Below are positions 53,010-64,000 of a DNA stretch of 64,000 bases, piece by piece. The stretch is from Convolutriloba macropyga (Eukaryota): contig NC_134474.1 of NCBI RefSeq assembly GCF_964194025.1, forward strand, positions 37,262,001-37,326,000, given 5' to 3'. Below the pieces are notes generated by a model that searched no databases, was not told the DNA's origin, and worked only from the letters and a program-made list of their open reading frames with translations. Position 1 is the first letter of the stretch. The number at the start of each line of letters is the position of its first letter. The translations under genes were made by a program, and so were the position numbers.

Positions 53010-55255
53010 AATCATTTACCAGTCAAGTCATCATCACCACAACTCTCTACTCAAAAACGAAAGTGAGCTCTTTACACCATGAAACCTCAAACATAAACAT
53101 CAATCTAGAAAGCTTATCTCAGTAGCCTTAAAATTTAAGCAAGAATCAGACAGGGATAACTCATCAATCAGTAAAATCATTTACCAGTAAAGTCATCATC
53201 ATTACAACTCAGTTCTCAAAAAGAAAGTGAGCTCTTTACACCATGAAAACTCAAACATCAATCTAGAAAGCTTATTTCAGTAGCCTTAAAATTTAAACAA
53301 GAATCAGACAGGGATAACTCATCAATCAGTAAAAATCATTTACCAGTAAAGTCATCATCATCATCATCGCAACTCTCTACTCAAAAAAGAAAGCGAGCTC
53401 TTTACACCACGAAAACTCTAACATCAATCTAGAAAGCTTATTTCAGTAGCCTTAAAATTTAAACAAGAATCAGACAGGGATAACTAATCAATCAGTAAAA
53501 ATCATTTACCAGCAAAGTCATCATCATTACAACTCTCTACTCAAAAAAGAAAGTGAGCTCTTTACATCATGAAACCTCAAACATCAATCTAGAAAACTTA
53601 TTTCAGAAGCCTTAAAATTTAAACAGGAGTCAGACAGGGATAACTCATCAATCAGTAAAAATCATTTACCAGTAAAGTCATCATCATCATCATCGCAACT
53701 CTCTACTCAAAAAAGAAAGCGGGCTCTTTACACCATGAAACCTCAAACACCAATCTAGAAAGCTTACTTCAGCAGCCTTAAAATTTAAGCAAGAATCAGA
53801 CAGGGATAACTCATCAATCAGTAAAAATCATTTACCAATAAAAGTAATCATCATCGCAACTCTCTACTCAAAAAAGAAAGCGAGCTCTTTACACCATGAA
53901 ACCTCAAACATCAATCTAGAAAGCTTATTTCAGCAGCCTTAAAAATTAAGCAAGAATCAGACAGGGATAACTCATCAATCAGTAAAAAACATTTACCATT
54001 AAAAGTAATCATCATCACAACTCTCTACTCAAAAAAGAAAGTGAGCTCTTTACACAATGAAACCTCAAACATCAATCTAGAAAGCTTATTTCAGTAGCCT
54101 TAAAATTTAAACAAGAATCAGACAGGGATAACTAATCAATCAGTAAAAATCATTTACCAGCAAAGTCATCATCATCACAACTCCTGTACTCAAAAACGAA
54201 AGTGAGCTCTTTACACCATGAAACCTCAAATTTCAATCTAGAAAACTTATTTCAGTAGCCTTAAAATTTAAACAAGAATCAGACAGGGATAACTCATCAA
54301 TCAGTAAAACTCATTTACCAGTAAAGTATCATCATTAAAACTCTCTACTCAAAAAAGAAAGTGAGCTCTTTACATCATGAAACCTCAAACATCAATCTAG
54401 AAAGCTTATTTCAGAAGCCTTAAAATTTAAACAGGAATCAGACAGGGATAACTCATCAATCAGTAAAAATCATTTACCAGTAAAGTCATCATCATCATCA
54501 TCGCAACTCTCTACTCAAAAAAGAAAGCGAGCTCTTTACACCATGAAACCTCAAACATCAATCTAGAAAGCTTATTTCAGCAGCCTTAAAATTTAAGCCA
54601 GAATCAGACAGGGATAACTCATCAATCAGTAAAAATCATTTACCAGTAAAAGTAATCATCATCGCAACTCTCTTCTCAAAAAAGAAAGCGAGCTCTTTAC
54701 AGCATGAAACCTCAAACATCAATCTAGAAAGCTTATTCCAGCAGCCTTAAAATTTAAGCAAGAATCAGACAGGGATAACTCATCAATCAGTAAAAATCAT
54801 TTACCAGTAAAAGTAATCATCATCACAACTCTCTACTCAAAAAAGAAAGTGAGCTCTTTACACCATGAAACCTCAAACATCAATCTAGAAAGCTTATTTC
54901 AGTAGCCTTAAAATTTAAACAAGAATCAGACAGGGATAACTGATCTATCAGTGAAAGTCATTTACCAGTACAGTCATCATCACAACTCTCAACAGAGGAT
55001 AGTTTAACTCTACACGATCGAACCTCGACATATAATTAAAACTGAAACAAGAATGAGAACTGGATAACTCAAAAATAATTAAAAATCATTTACCAGCACA
55101 GTCACCATCGCTACTCAATTAGGGAGAAACCTCAGTCCTAACTCAATTAAATCATCAGCAGAACTTAATTCAGAAGCCTTAAACTCAAACGAAAATCAGA
55201 CAGGGATAACACATAAATCAGTAAAAAATCGTTAACCATCGCAGTCATCATAATC
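53010..55255 (-). repeat. Tandem array, ~160-bp unit x12 plus 2 diverged units; each unit is one snR38-type snoRNA
   Basis: TCAGACAGGGATAACT at 53146, 53304, 53470, 53630, 53796, 53957, 54118, 54279, 54438, 54604, 54765, 54926 and 55196. Confidence 0.95.
53304..53358 (-). ncRNA. Box C/D snoRNA, snR38/SNORD1-like; representative copy of the 160-bp array
   Basis: All four boxes are canonical: ATGATGA (C) ... CTGA (D') T TGATGA (C', overlapping the guide by 1 nt) GTTATCCCTGT CTGA (D). Confidence 0.92.
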
Positions 55256-57295
55256 CTATACAGAAACAAAAATTAAGAGCTATTAATAATTCAACGTTTA
55301 CCAATAAATTTATCTGTTGCCTTTTCTGCGCAATTTCAAGCTTTAAAATTAAATTTCTGCAATCAAAGGTCTCGAAATAATTCACACGCGGTGAATTTTT
55401 ACGATAACAATCATTGCAACCACAAATTTTCATTAAGAAAAATTAACCCTAATGAACATAAAAGGTTTTTAGTGGCACTCTCAAAACAAGTAAACAACCA
55501 AGATTCGACACAAACTTACTTTTGAGTCAAAAGCTGGAAACCAAGAATCTTAATAGAGAACAACATTCGACTGAAACATATCACACACAACCAACCGTAT
55601 TCAAAACTCGGGCAGGCATAAAGGATAATTACCATCATCGCAAAAAAGTTCGAGCTATGTCAATTAGGAAAATTTTGAGAAGTTAGGTCAGCAAGGAGTT
55701 TCACGCCCTTTTTATTCAATCAATTAATTTACAGAAAAAAAACTAACAAAGTTTCTACTGTGGAAGAAATTCAAGCAATGAGGAGACCCAAAACCGAAGA
55801 GACTAGGAGGCGACCACTCCTGAAATGACCACTCTCAAACCTTAAGACGCGTAAATTCTCATATGTGATAATATGTAACATATTCTCATACAACATAAAT
55901 GCGAGGTAACCAAACACCAAAAAGACATGAAAAATAAATAGTCTTAGAGTGATCCGCACTAAATTGAAAGAAACAGAAATTGTTCTGCACCCTCCAAGTT
56001 TTGAGGCGCGGAAGGGGAAAATTGATAGTAAAATTAAATAGACAATCGATTTGTTCAAAGATTTCTAAGCTAAAAAAACATGCAATTTGTTTGTTAAAAT
56101 ATTTGATTTTTTAACTTTCGACTGACCGTTCAAAACGTCACTGATTGCTGCGTCGAGTACGTGACAAAAAAGAGAGTTACAAAAACATTTTCAACGAATT
56201 GGCTGGTCCTGAAATTTAAAACATAACAGACTAACGTGGGCGAATTGCTCTCAAACAACCCCTGAGCGCTTGGCTTCGCCAGTAGATAGCCAAGGTTTAA
56301 TAAGACTAGCTTTAGCTTAATTGAAGGGGCGTGAGGTGAGCGCAGCGGGGGGTGGGGGTGCAACGGTGGGAGTGGAGTCTTTGGCTGCTCGGGGAGCACA
56401 TACAATTTGACTTGAAAAAAAAAAAAAGAGTTCAACATCTCAGACATTTGGGATCTTCAATCATGAAATCTTTTGACCGGCAATAATTTATGAACAAACG
56501 AGCAAAAAAGAACAGTTCTGAGTTGTCTTAGGCCACCCTCGCTCATTGAGTGATGCGCACTAATCTGATAGACACAGAAACTATTCTCTACCACGCTCAC
56601 CTTCGAGTCGTGCCCATAGAAGGGAAGAACTTAAAAGCAGGCTCAATTCGCCTGCAAAAGAATACATAATGTTAAAAAACAGGCAAAAGAATTGCTCAAA
56701 GTTATGATGTGTTGTCTGTTGAGAAATATTTCACGTAAAATAGAGTTACATATAAGATGACAAACAATTCAACGATCAAAACGAATAATGGCGTGCATGA
56801 TTGTGTAACATGACAATCTGTTTAAAAAATTAAAATAAATCTAAGCCGTTGACGGAAACCGACTTGATACATTCAAAAGTTCTAGAGCTCCAATCTACAG
56901 CTTCAGGCGGCGAAATTTTATTCAGAGGACTGTATTTTTGGGATAGGGGTGAAGTGGGGGGAGGGTGTCAAACTTTAAGAACCGCCCTGCACCTCATGAT
57001 TGTACGCATCCCAAAACAGTCTCTGTGAATCGCATACATGGAGACAAGTGAGCTGAATGGCTCTAAGATAACTTAATGCCCTTCGGGCGCTACCTGTTTA
57101 TCCCATTTTTGAGGACCATAAGTCAAATGGGTCAGACAAAAAATCGGTCACGCGAAAAATCGCATATAAAAAGTCCAATGGGACTAATATAATTGCTACA
57201 AACTTCGTTTGAGTGCAATTAAATGCTGTAACTTGATGCGTTCAACTGACCCAAATTTGACAAAACCTAATTCTAATTTTTTTGAATTTTACCGC

Positions 57296-57371
57296 GTAAG
57301 GCCGTGCCTCGAGGGCCATGGCTATGTCTCAGCGGCCCGTGGGACTTGATATTAATCTATCACAACCGAAC
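57296..57371. repeat. Inverted copy of the repeat at window positions ~11-80
   Basis: CTCAGCGGCCCGTGGGACTTGATA...CTATCACAACCGAAC is the reverse complement of 11-54. Confidence 0.8.
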
Positions 57372-57974
57372 GTGAGATCACAAGACACATTTTTCTCTTT
57401 CAGCTTAATTCGAATTCCAAAAAAATACGTTTATATTTATATCCTATTTTAAAACGTGGATCAAAACATCAATCAGCCAATCAGAAAACAGTATTAAAAT
57501 TTTCCCAGCAATAAAATATCTATATTTTGTACGTCTGCCGTTTTCACTAGCTCAGTTGCATCAATCCACAAACAGTGCCGTACATCATCGTTAAAATCGT
57601 CATATCAGAAGACTATTTTCGAGTCAAATCTGTACTTCCTGAATGATGTCAATCAGAAACATTTATAGCACACAATCCACCAGAAATCAACAATTGAGGA
57701 ATCAATAGAGAAAATCTTTTCAAAGCAAATTGAATTCAGATAACAACCGGCCTCATTTACGTGAGAAGACCGTGGTCCAACAAACTCATTAATAACAGGT
57801 CATTATTAAATAACCCCCAAAATTTATTAAATGCACAATTATTTTCCTTACTCAACACAGTAAAACCTAATGATCTACAGCTGACTCGCATGACAACGGC
57901 GCAATCATACTTTAAATTCCCGTTAAATTCTTCAACGAATCATGTAACTGTAAGAAGATTCACAGCACAAAAGG

Positions 57975-58032
57975 TCAGACAGGGATAACTCGCAATCACA
58001 CAGAATCAATCAATTTCCAAAGGTGTCATCAT
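57975..58032 (-). ncRNA. Box C/D snoRNA, snR38-type singleton
   Basis: ATGATGA at 58032-58026 and AGTTATCCCTGT-CTGA ending at 57975, in otherwise unrelated flanks. Confidence 0.8.
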
Positions 58033-58409
58033 TTAGATACACAAAGATTCATATCGAATTTTTCTCCTAATGGTTGCATATGATGATCTATGATGAATAT
58101 ATGTACGCTCCTATTATGCTATATAAAACGTTTAGTGGTTAATAAGACATTACAAACTTGTCCATTCTAAGACGAGGTTGAACTAAGCATGGGCCACTCC
58201 TTCACACCAGGAATTTATGTCTCCTCAACAGTTTTAGTGAATCGCATACTTAGAGACTAGTAACCATGACCAAAGACGTTGTAATCTAAATTTAAAATAT
58301 ATGTCAGGAAATCAGAAGACCGTTGTGTGAATCAAGTCTCAGCTCCTGGGAAGAACAACTTGAATATTTTGAATGACATGGACTAGAACAGTTACCAGGT
58401 GACATAAAA

Positions 58410-58463
58410 TCAGACAGGGATAACTTCGCAATCAAAGATAATCTTTTCTAACAGCGTCATCAT
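58410..58463 (-). ncRNA. Box C/D snoRNA, snR38-type singleton
   Basis: ATGATGA at 58463-58457 and AGTTATCCCTGT-CTGA ending at 58410. Confidence 0.8.
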
Positions 58464-60528
58464 TTCGTAAAGGTAATCATAATATGCATAAACAATCTTC
58501 TACCAACAACAGAGTCGACTATAGCACCATTTATTTAGCAGATTAAACCAAAAATAGCCGAAAATAGCCACCGTTGACGCGCCTGAAGCCCATCGTGATC
58601 GAAACATAAAAAAAGGAAGAGAGAAAATGACAGATTTTTTCCTAAAGTGTTTAATTCGGTGTGCAGTTTTAGTTAGATTCTCAAACTATACTTATTTCAG
58701 CATCTACACTGAAAGCTATTAAGCTTATTACAAATGATAGCTAGCAATGGCTCAAACGAACTTGGGTAATCTAAAGCACTGACTTAATGAACGGGCTTTA
58801 TCGTTTTATCCCGTTTTTGATTCTACTCTTTTGACACGGACCATATTCACTAGATTGCCCAATTCATTGAGTGAAAGCATTTTAAAAATACATTCGGTTG
58901 AAACAGTGAGTGAAGTAAGTCAAGAGTCAAACATGAAAATCGTGACTTTTGTAACGACAAACGTGATCAAAAGGTAAAGCAAATTTAGATGTAACAGAAG
59001 AGGTCCCGAAATACAATCCAAAGAAGTGAATGCAAAACATTTAACTACTGTATCTGACCAGCGGATGAAAATAAAAATGCCAGCCAAAAAGACAGAGTCT
59101 CAAAAGTGGTGAAACTAAAATAATCCAACTAAATGAACAAAAATATAAATATTTCTAAAGCTTCTGAAGCTCTAATAACCCACCCACAAGCCCTGAAAGG
59201 GGTTAATTAGCCACTAAAGCTACAAAAACTCCGAAAAAAACTGAAAAAACTAAAAAAAAAATTAATATATATTTACAAATTTCGCGAAATTGATATGTTC
59301 AAAACAATTTTTGTCTTTAGAATCTGTGCAGGAAGCCACCTGCCAGACCTAAAAAAAAGTCATTGGCCCTTAAAAACCAATAAACTCAGAAAATGACTTA
59401 AAAAATTTTTAAAAAAATGGCAAATTTTGTTGAAAAGTTTAAACTTTAAAATTCGTAAAATCTTAATATCTTCAGAACCATTTCATTGTCGCTAGTAATC
59501 CAATTTTAAGCTCAGAAAATTTTGAGTGGCCTAGAAAGATTGACAAATCCGAAATAGGATGAAAAATTTTCATCAGAAAATTTGAAAGAATTTTCACATT
59601 TATCAAATTTAAAAAATTTGTGATATTAAAAATTGAAAACCATTCCATTGCACCTATCAAATGTAATAATAACTGTTAAAACATTCTAAAAACTTCGAAA
59701 AAAAGCGAAAAAATAGTATCATTTTTCTTGTTTATGTTCGGAGTACGAAAACATATAGCTCATAAATGGTCACAAAAAGTACCTATATCTTGTTTGAAAA
59801 AGCTTTATCAACTTTGACAAACGTCAATTCAAGACTAATTGACAAAAATGACAAAAAAACGTAGAAAATTGCACTCTATGAGCAAAACAATTTTTTACAA
59901 AATCCAAATAACCGACTAATATTGGACGAATTGCACTTGAACAGCGCAAGGGCGCTCAATTCTATTGCAGCCTGCTTCAGACCTTTTTTGATTGATAGAG
60001 AAAATTTTTTCTGATGCAATATATAAGCTTGCAAGAGATCTATTCCCTAATTCCACAAAACATAATTGTTTTGTTCTACAAAAAAACAACAAAACAAATC
60101 AAAACCAAATTCGGCAGTTGAGCGTTAAAAATACCAGACAAAACAGAACGTCAAATAGATGTACTGATGGCACTTGACGCATATTAACAACAAAATTCTT
60201 CGTTTTGAGCAGCTGATATTGACAATTAAATGATTTTCGGTACTAATAGTGGCAAAAACCCGTGATCAATTTAAAGCAGTAAAGATTCCGATGCTCTTCG
60301 CACCAAAAATTGGGGATGTGCGATCATCGCCCATAGCAAAAAGTGACAGACTAGATAACGACAACTAAAAACAAAATTATAAACTCATAACGACAACTGA
60401 AAACAAAATTATAAAATCAAAACTAAAATTATTTACAAAAAATTAACATAGCTGACAGAATTTTAGAATGCCAGAAAAAATCCGCAACGGCTTCGCAGAT
60501 CTGCAGTCTCAAAAAATAGTAAATATTA

Positions 60529-60580
60529 TCAGTAGCTGCGTTATTTTCATGTTCATCAAACAAGAGGTATCAGACATCAT
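60529..60580 (-). ncRNA. Box C/D snoRNA-like, Gm2791-type variant (also 61993-62046 and 63539-63592)
   Basis: ATGATGT (last T shared with the guide) CTGATACCTCTTG T TTGA (D') ... ATGA ... CTGA. The guide pairs with CAAGAGGUGUCAGA with one G-U wobble. Confidence 0.65.
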
Positions 60581-60826
60581 AGCAGACAGAAGAAAATACC
60601 CAAATTGATTGTTATCCAATAAAACACGTACAATTACTTTTCGGACTGAAGACAACAATAAAATACAACTGTAAACCACTTGAAACATTTGAAGTATAGA
60701 GGTATTTACGTGGATGAAGGGATTTACATGATTTGAAAGGATGAAGACATTTACAACATTGCTCTATGACGCGCCACTACTTCAAGGATTATCCCGAAGA
60801 ACAGACTGCCAGATTTCCCCTTTTGC

Positions 60827-61269
60827 CACCGGCAAAAGTAAGTCAACCCCCTAGTTTTACGAAAACTATTTTTAAAGCAATATTACTTCACCTTAAAATT
60901 ACATTTTGAAACCAATTTTTACACCATTGATCCCCTGCACTAGTACTCTAGCCTACCTATGAAATTCAGATAAAACACAACGTTCACCTACCAGAAATCC
61001 CAATAAAAAATATGAAAACATATCACATCTTGTCACAACCTTCTGTTTGCTGTAATACTTTGATGGAGTTCCTCGACTTTACATTGGGATCTCTGGTAAG
61101 TGAATGTTGCGTTTTATCTAAATTTCATAGGTAGGCGAGAATTTAAGGGATCAATGTTGTCTGAAAAATGTTTTAAAATTATTTAAAAATGTGATTTTAA
61201 ATTGAAGTACAAATGCCTCAAAAAATTTTACTTCGTGAAAATAGGGAGTGCTACCTTATTTTGGCAGTT
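60827..61269. mobile_element. Foldback MITE-like element inside the 1.5-kb unit (also 62267-62822, and 63815 to window end)
   Basis: Long imperfect inverted arms, e.g. GCCTACCTATGAAATTCAGATAAAAC / GTTTTATCTAAATTTCATAGGTAGGC. Ends are CACCGGCAAAAGTAAG ... CTTACTTTTGCAG (right end clearest in the second copy). Confidence 0.75.
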
Positions 61270-64000
61270 CAGTACACCAACGAAGCACGGGACGCAAAGA
61301 AAATCAGAAAGCGCAGAATTAGATTCCAGAGGCAGAAATCAACACTTCAAACAATTTTAACATTTTAAAACATTCATTATGTCGATATCTTTTGAAGACT
61401 ATAAACTTCTCACATAAACAAAATAGAACAGTTCTGAATAGTCTTCATTTTAGGCCACCCTCGCTCATTGAGTGATGAGCACTAACCAGACAGAAACAAA
61501 CTTCTCTACCACGGTCACAATCGACACGTCTCAATGGAAGGGAAGACCTAAAAAGTAGGCCTTAAATGGCCTGGAATAGAAGACCTTAAAGGTTATACAG
61601 AAGACAAAGAACTCCTCGTTGTTTTTGTGTTTTGTCAGCACAGGTGTTGGCAAATAGTTCATGACAAGTAGATGCACAAAACAGACAATAAAATGAACAA
61701 GATATGGAATCGTACGCGTGGTTATGTACCATATATAGCCAACTTGAGCGAAACAAGTACACTCAAAATCAGCCGAACATTGTAAATCTAGTTGTCAAAT
61801 CTACCGTTTCAGAGGTAACGTTTAAAAGACGTAGGGATGAAGGTAATGAATGTGCAACAGGCAATCTCAACCACCGTACGAATTAATGAGCTCTGGTAGT
61901 AACATCTTTTTCTTGACGAGAGATACAAATCAGACCAAGTTCTAGATCTTCTTTAATCAGAATCTAAATTTTGTTGACCTAAAGTTCAGATATCAGTAAC
62001 TGCGTTGTATTTTCATGTTAATCAAACAAGAGGTATCTGACATCATTGCAGCCAGAAAAAAATACCAAAATTGATTGGTGTCCACTAAAACACGTATAAT
62101 TACTTTTCGAACTGAAGATAACAAAAAAACACAACTAAACCACTTCAAAGGCTTGAAGTATAAAGGGACAGCCTTAAGGACAGTAAGACAATTACAACAA
62201 CGCTTTACGACGCGCCACTACGTCAAAAGTTATCCAGAAAAACCGACTGCTGGATTTCCTTTTTACCACCGCCAAATGTAAGTTAACACCCCCAAGTTTT
62301 ACGAAGTAAAAACTATTTTTTAAGGCAAAATTACTTCAGCTCAAACTCACATTTTGAAACCAAATTTTACACCATTGATTCATTACACTAGTACACCCAC
62401 CTTCCTGTAAAAATCAGATAAATCACAACGTTCACCAACCAGAAATCCCTATGTAAAATTGAGGAACTCCATGTTTTACAGTAAACAGAAAGTTGTCACA
62501 AGATCCTATGTAATCACATTTTTCTCTAATATTTAACAAACTTAGCCATAGTTGAAAAGATTTGTAAACATATCACATCTTGTGACAACTTTCTGTTTAC
62601 TGTAATACTTTGATGGAGTTCAACGACTTTTCATTGGGATCTCTGGTGAGCGAATGTTGCATTTTCTCTAATTTTCAAAGGTAGGCGAGAGTGTAAGGGA
62701 TCAATGTTGTTTAAATTTTTTAAAATGATTTGAAAATCTGAGTTAAAGTTGAAATACAATTGCCTCAAAAAATAGAAATTTTACTTCGTGAAAATAGGGG
62801 GTGCTATCTTACTTTTGCAGTTCAGCACACCAACAAAGCATGAGACGCAAAGAAGATCAAAAGAAGCAGACTTAGATTCAAAAAGGAGAAATCAACACCT
62901 CAGACAATTTTAACATGCCGAAAACATGTCGAAACAATTTTAAACATGTCGAAATCTTTTGCACACTATAAACTTCTCACATAAAAAATAGAACAGTTCT
63001 GAACCGTCTTCGCCCTCGCTCATTGAAAGATGAGCACTAATCAGACAGAAACAGAAACTAATCTCTACAACGGTCACAATCGACACGTCTCCATGGAACA
63101 GAAGACCTAAAACGTAGGCTTTAAATGGCCTGGAGTGGAAGGCCTAAAGCTTAGCCAAAAGATTTCCTGGTAATTTCTGTGTTTTCTCATCACAGGTGTT
63201 GGCAAATAGTTCAGGACAAGTAGATGCACAAAACAGACAAAAGCAACAAGATATGGAATCGAAAGCGTAGTTATGTATCATATATAGTCAACTTGGACCA
63301 AAAAAAGGACACTCAAAAACAGCCGGACATTGTAAATCTAGTTGTCAAATCTACCCTTTCAGAGGTAATTTTCAAAAGACATACGGATGAAAATAATGAA
63401 TGTGCAACAGGCAATTTCAACCACCATACGAACTTATCAGCTCTAGTAACATATTCTCAGGACGAGAGATACTAATCATACCAAGTTCTAGATCGTCTAA
63501 AATCACAATCTAATTTTTGTTGATAAAAAGTTCAGATATCAGTAACTTCATTGTATTTTCATGTTAATCAAACAAGAGGTATCAGACATCATAGCAGCCA
63601 GAATAAAATACCCAAATTGATTGGTTTCCAATAAAACACGTACAATTGATTTTCGAACTGAACATAACAAGAAAATACAACTGTTAACCACTTGAAACGT
63701 TTGAAGTATGAAGGGACAGCCTTAAGGACAGTAAGACAATTAAAACATCGCTTTACGACGCGCAATTACGTCAAGAGTTATTCAGAAAAACAGACTGCTA
63801 GATTTCCCTTTTACCACCGGCAAATGTAAGTTAACACCCCTAGTTTTACGAAGTAAAAACTATTTTTTAAGGCAAAATTATTTTACCTTAAACTCACATT
63901 TTGAAACCAATTTTTACACTACTGATTCACTACACTAGTACACCCACCTTCCAATTAAAATCAGATAAATCACAACGTTCACCTACCAGAAATCCCAATG

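Larger units (their letters stand above)
60525..64000 (-). repeat. Diverged ~1.5-kb tandem duplication (2 full units + 1 partial)
   Basis: Each unit starts with a Gm2791-type snoRNA-like motif at 60529, 61993 and 63539 (spacing 1464 and 1546 bp). Confidence 0.88.

Noticed and set aside
53010-55255. CRISPR-like regular repeat
   Set aside because: The whole monomer is repeated with no unique spacers, the context is eukaryotic, and there are no cas genes.
56130-56447. 105-aa proline-rich ORF as a possible exon
   Set aside because: It overlaps an interspersed repeat and a G-rich patch, with no similarity to EMC3 or any family I recognise.
60533-60546. Second guide (box D side) complementary to 5.8S-like UAGCUGCG
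   Set aside because: Only 8 nt long and not conserved in the other two copies.

Overview
AT-rich eukaryotic (most likely invertebrate animal) nuclear DNA. Two spliced minus-strand genes lie head-to-tail at the left: the last exon of an EMC3/TMEM111 homolog (12907-13091) and the first two exons of a CutC homolog (12019-11829 and 1349-1099, separated by a ~10.5 kb intron and followed by a probable GC donor). Several inverted-repeat DNA elements and a decayed Crypton-like tyrosine recombinase are also present. The main result is that the apparent satellite DNA from ~16.6 kb to 64 kb (tandem units of ~773, ~860, ~923, ~160 and ~1500 bp, plus dispersed singletons) is built around co-oriented minus-strand box C/D snoRNA genes. 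By eye I count about 120 intact or decaying copies from only four guide families. All four are complementary to the peptidyl-transferase region of LSU (28S) rRNA, and the D+5 rule places each on a known yeast 2'-O-methylation site: Gm2815 (snR38/SNORD1), Cm2959 (snR73/SNORD35), Gm2793 (snR48/SNORD60) and Gm2791 (snR48). I found no further EMC3 exon, so the arrays probably sit in one very large (>50 kb) intron. rRNA target sequences, numbering and protein family assignments are from recalled knowledge, not a database search. Copy numbers are manual counts.
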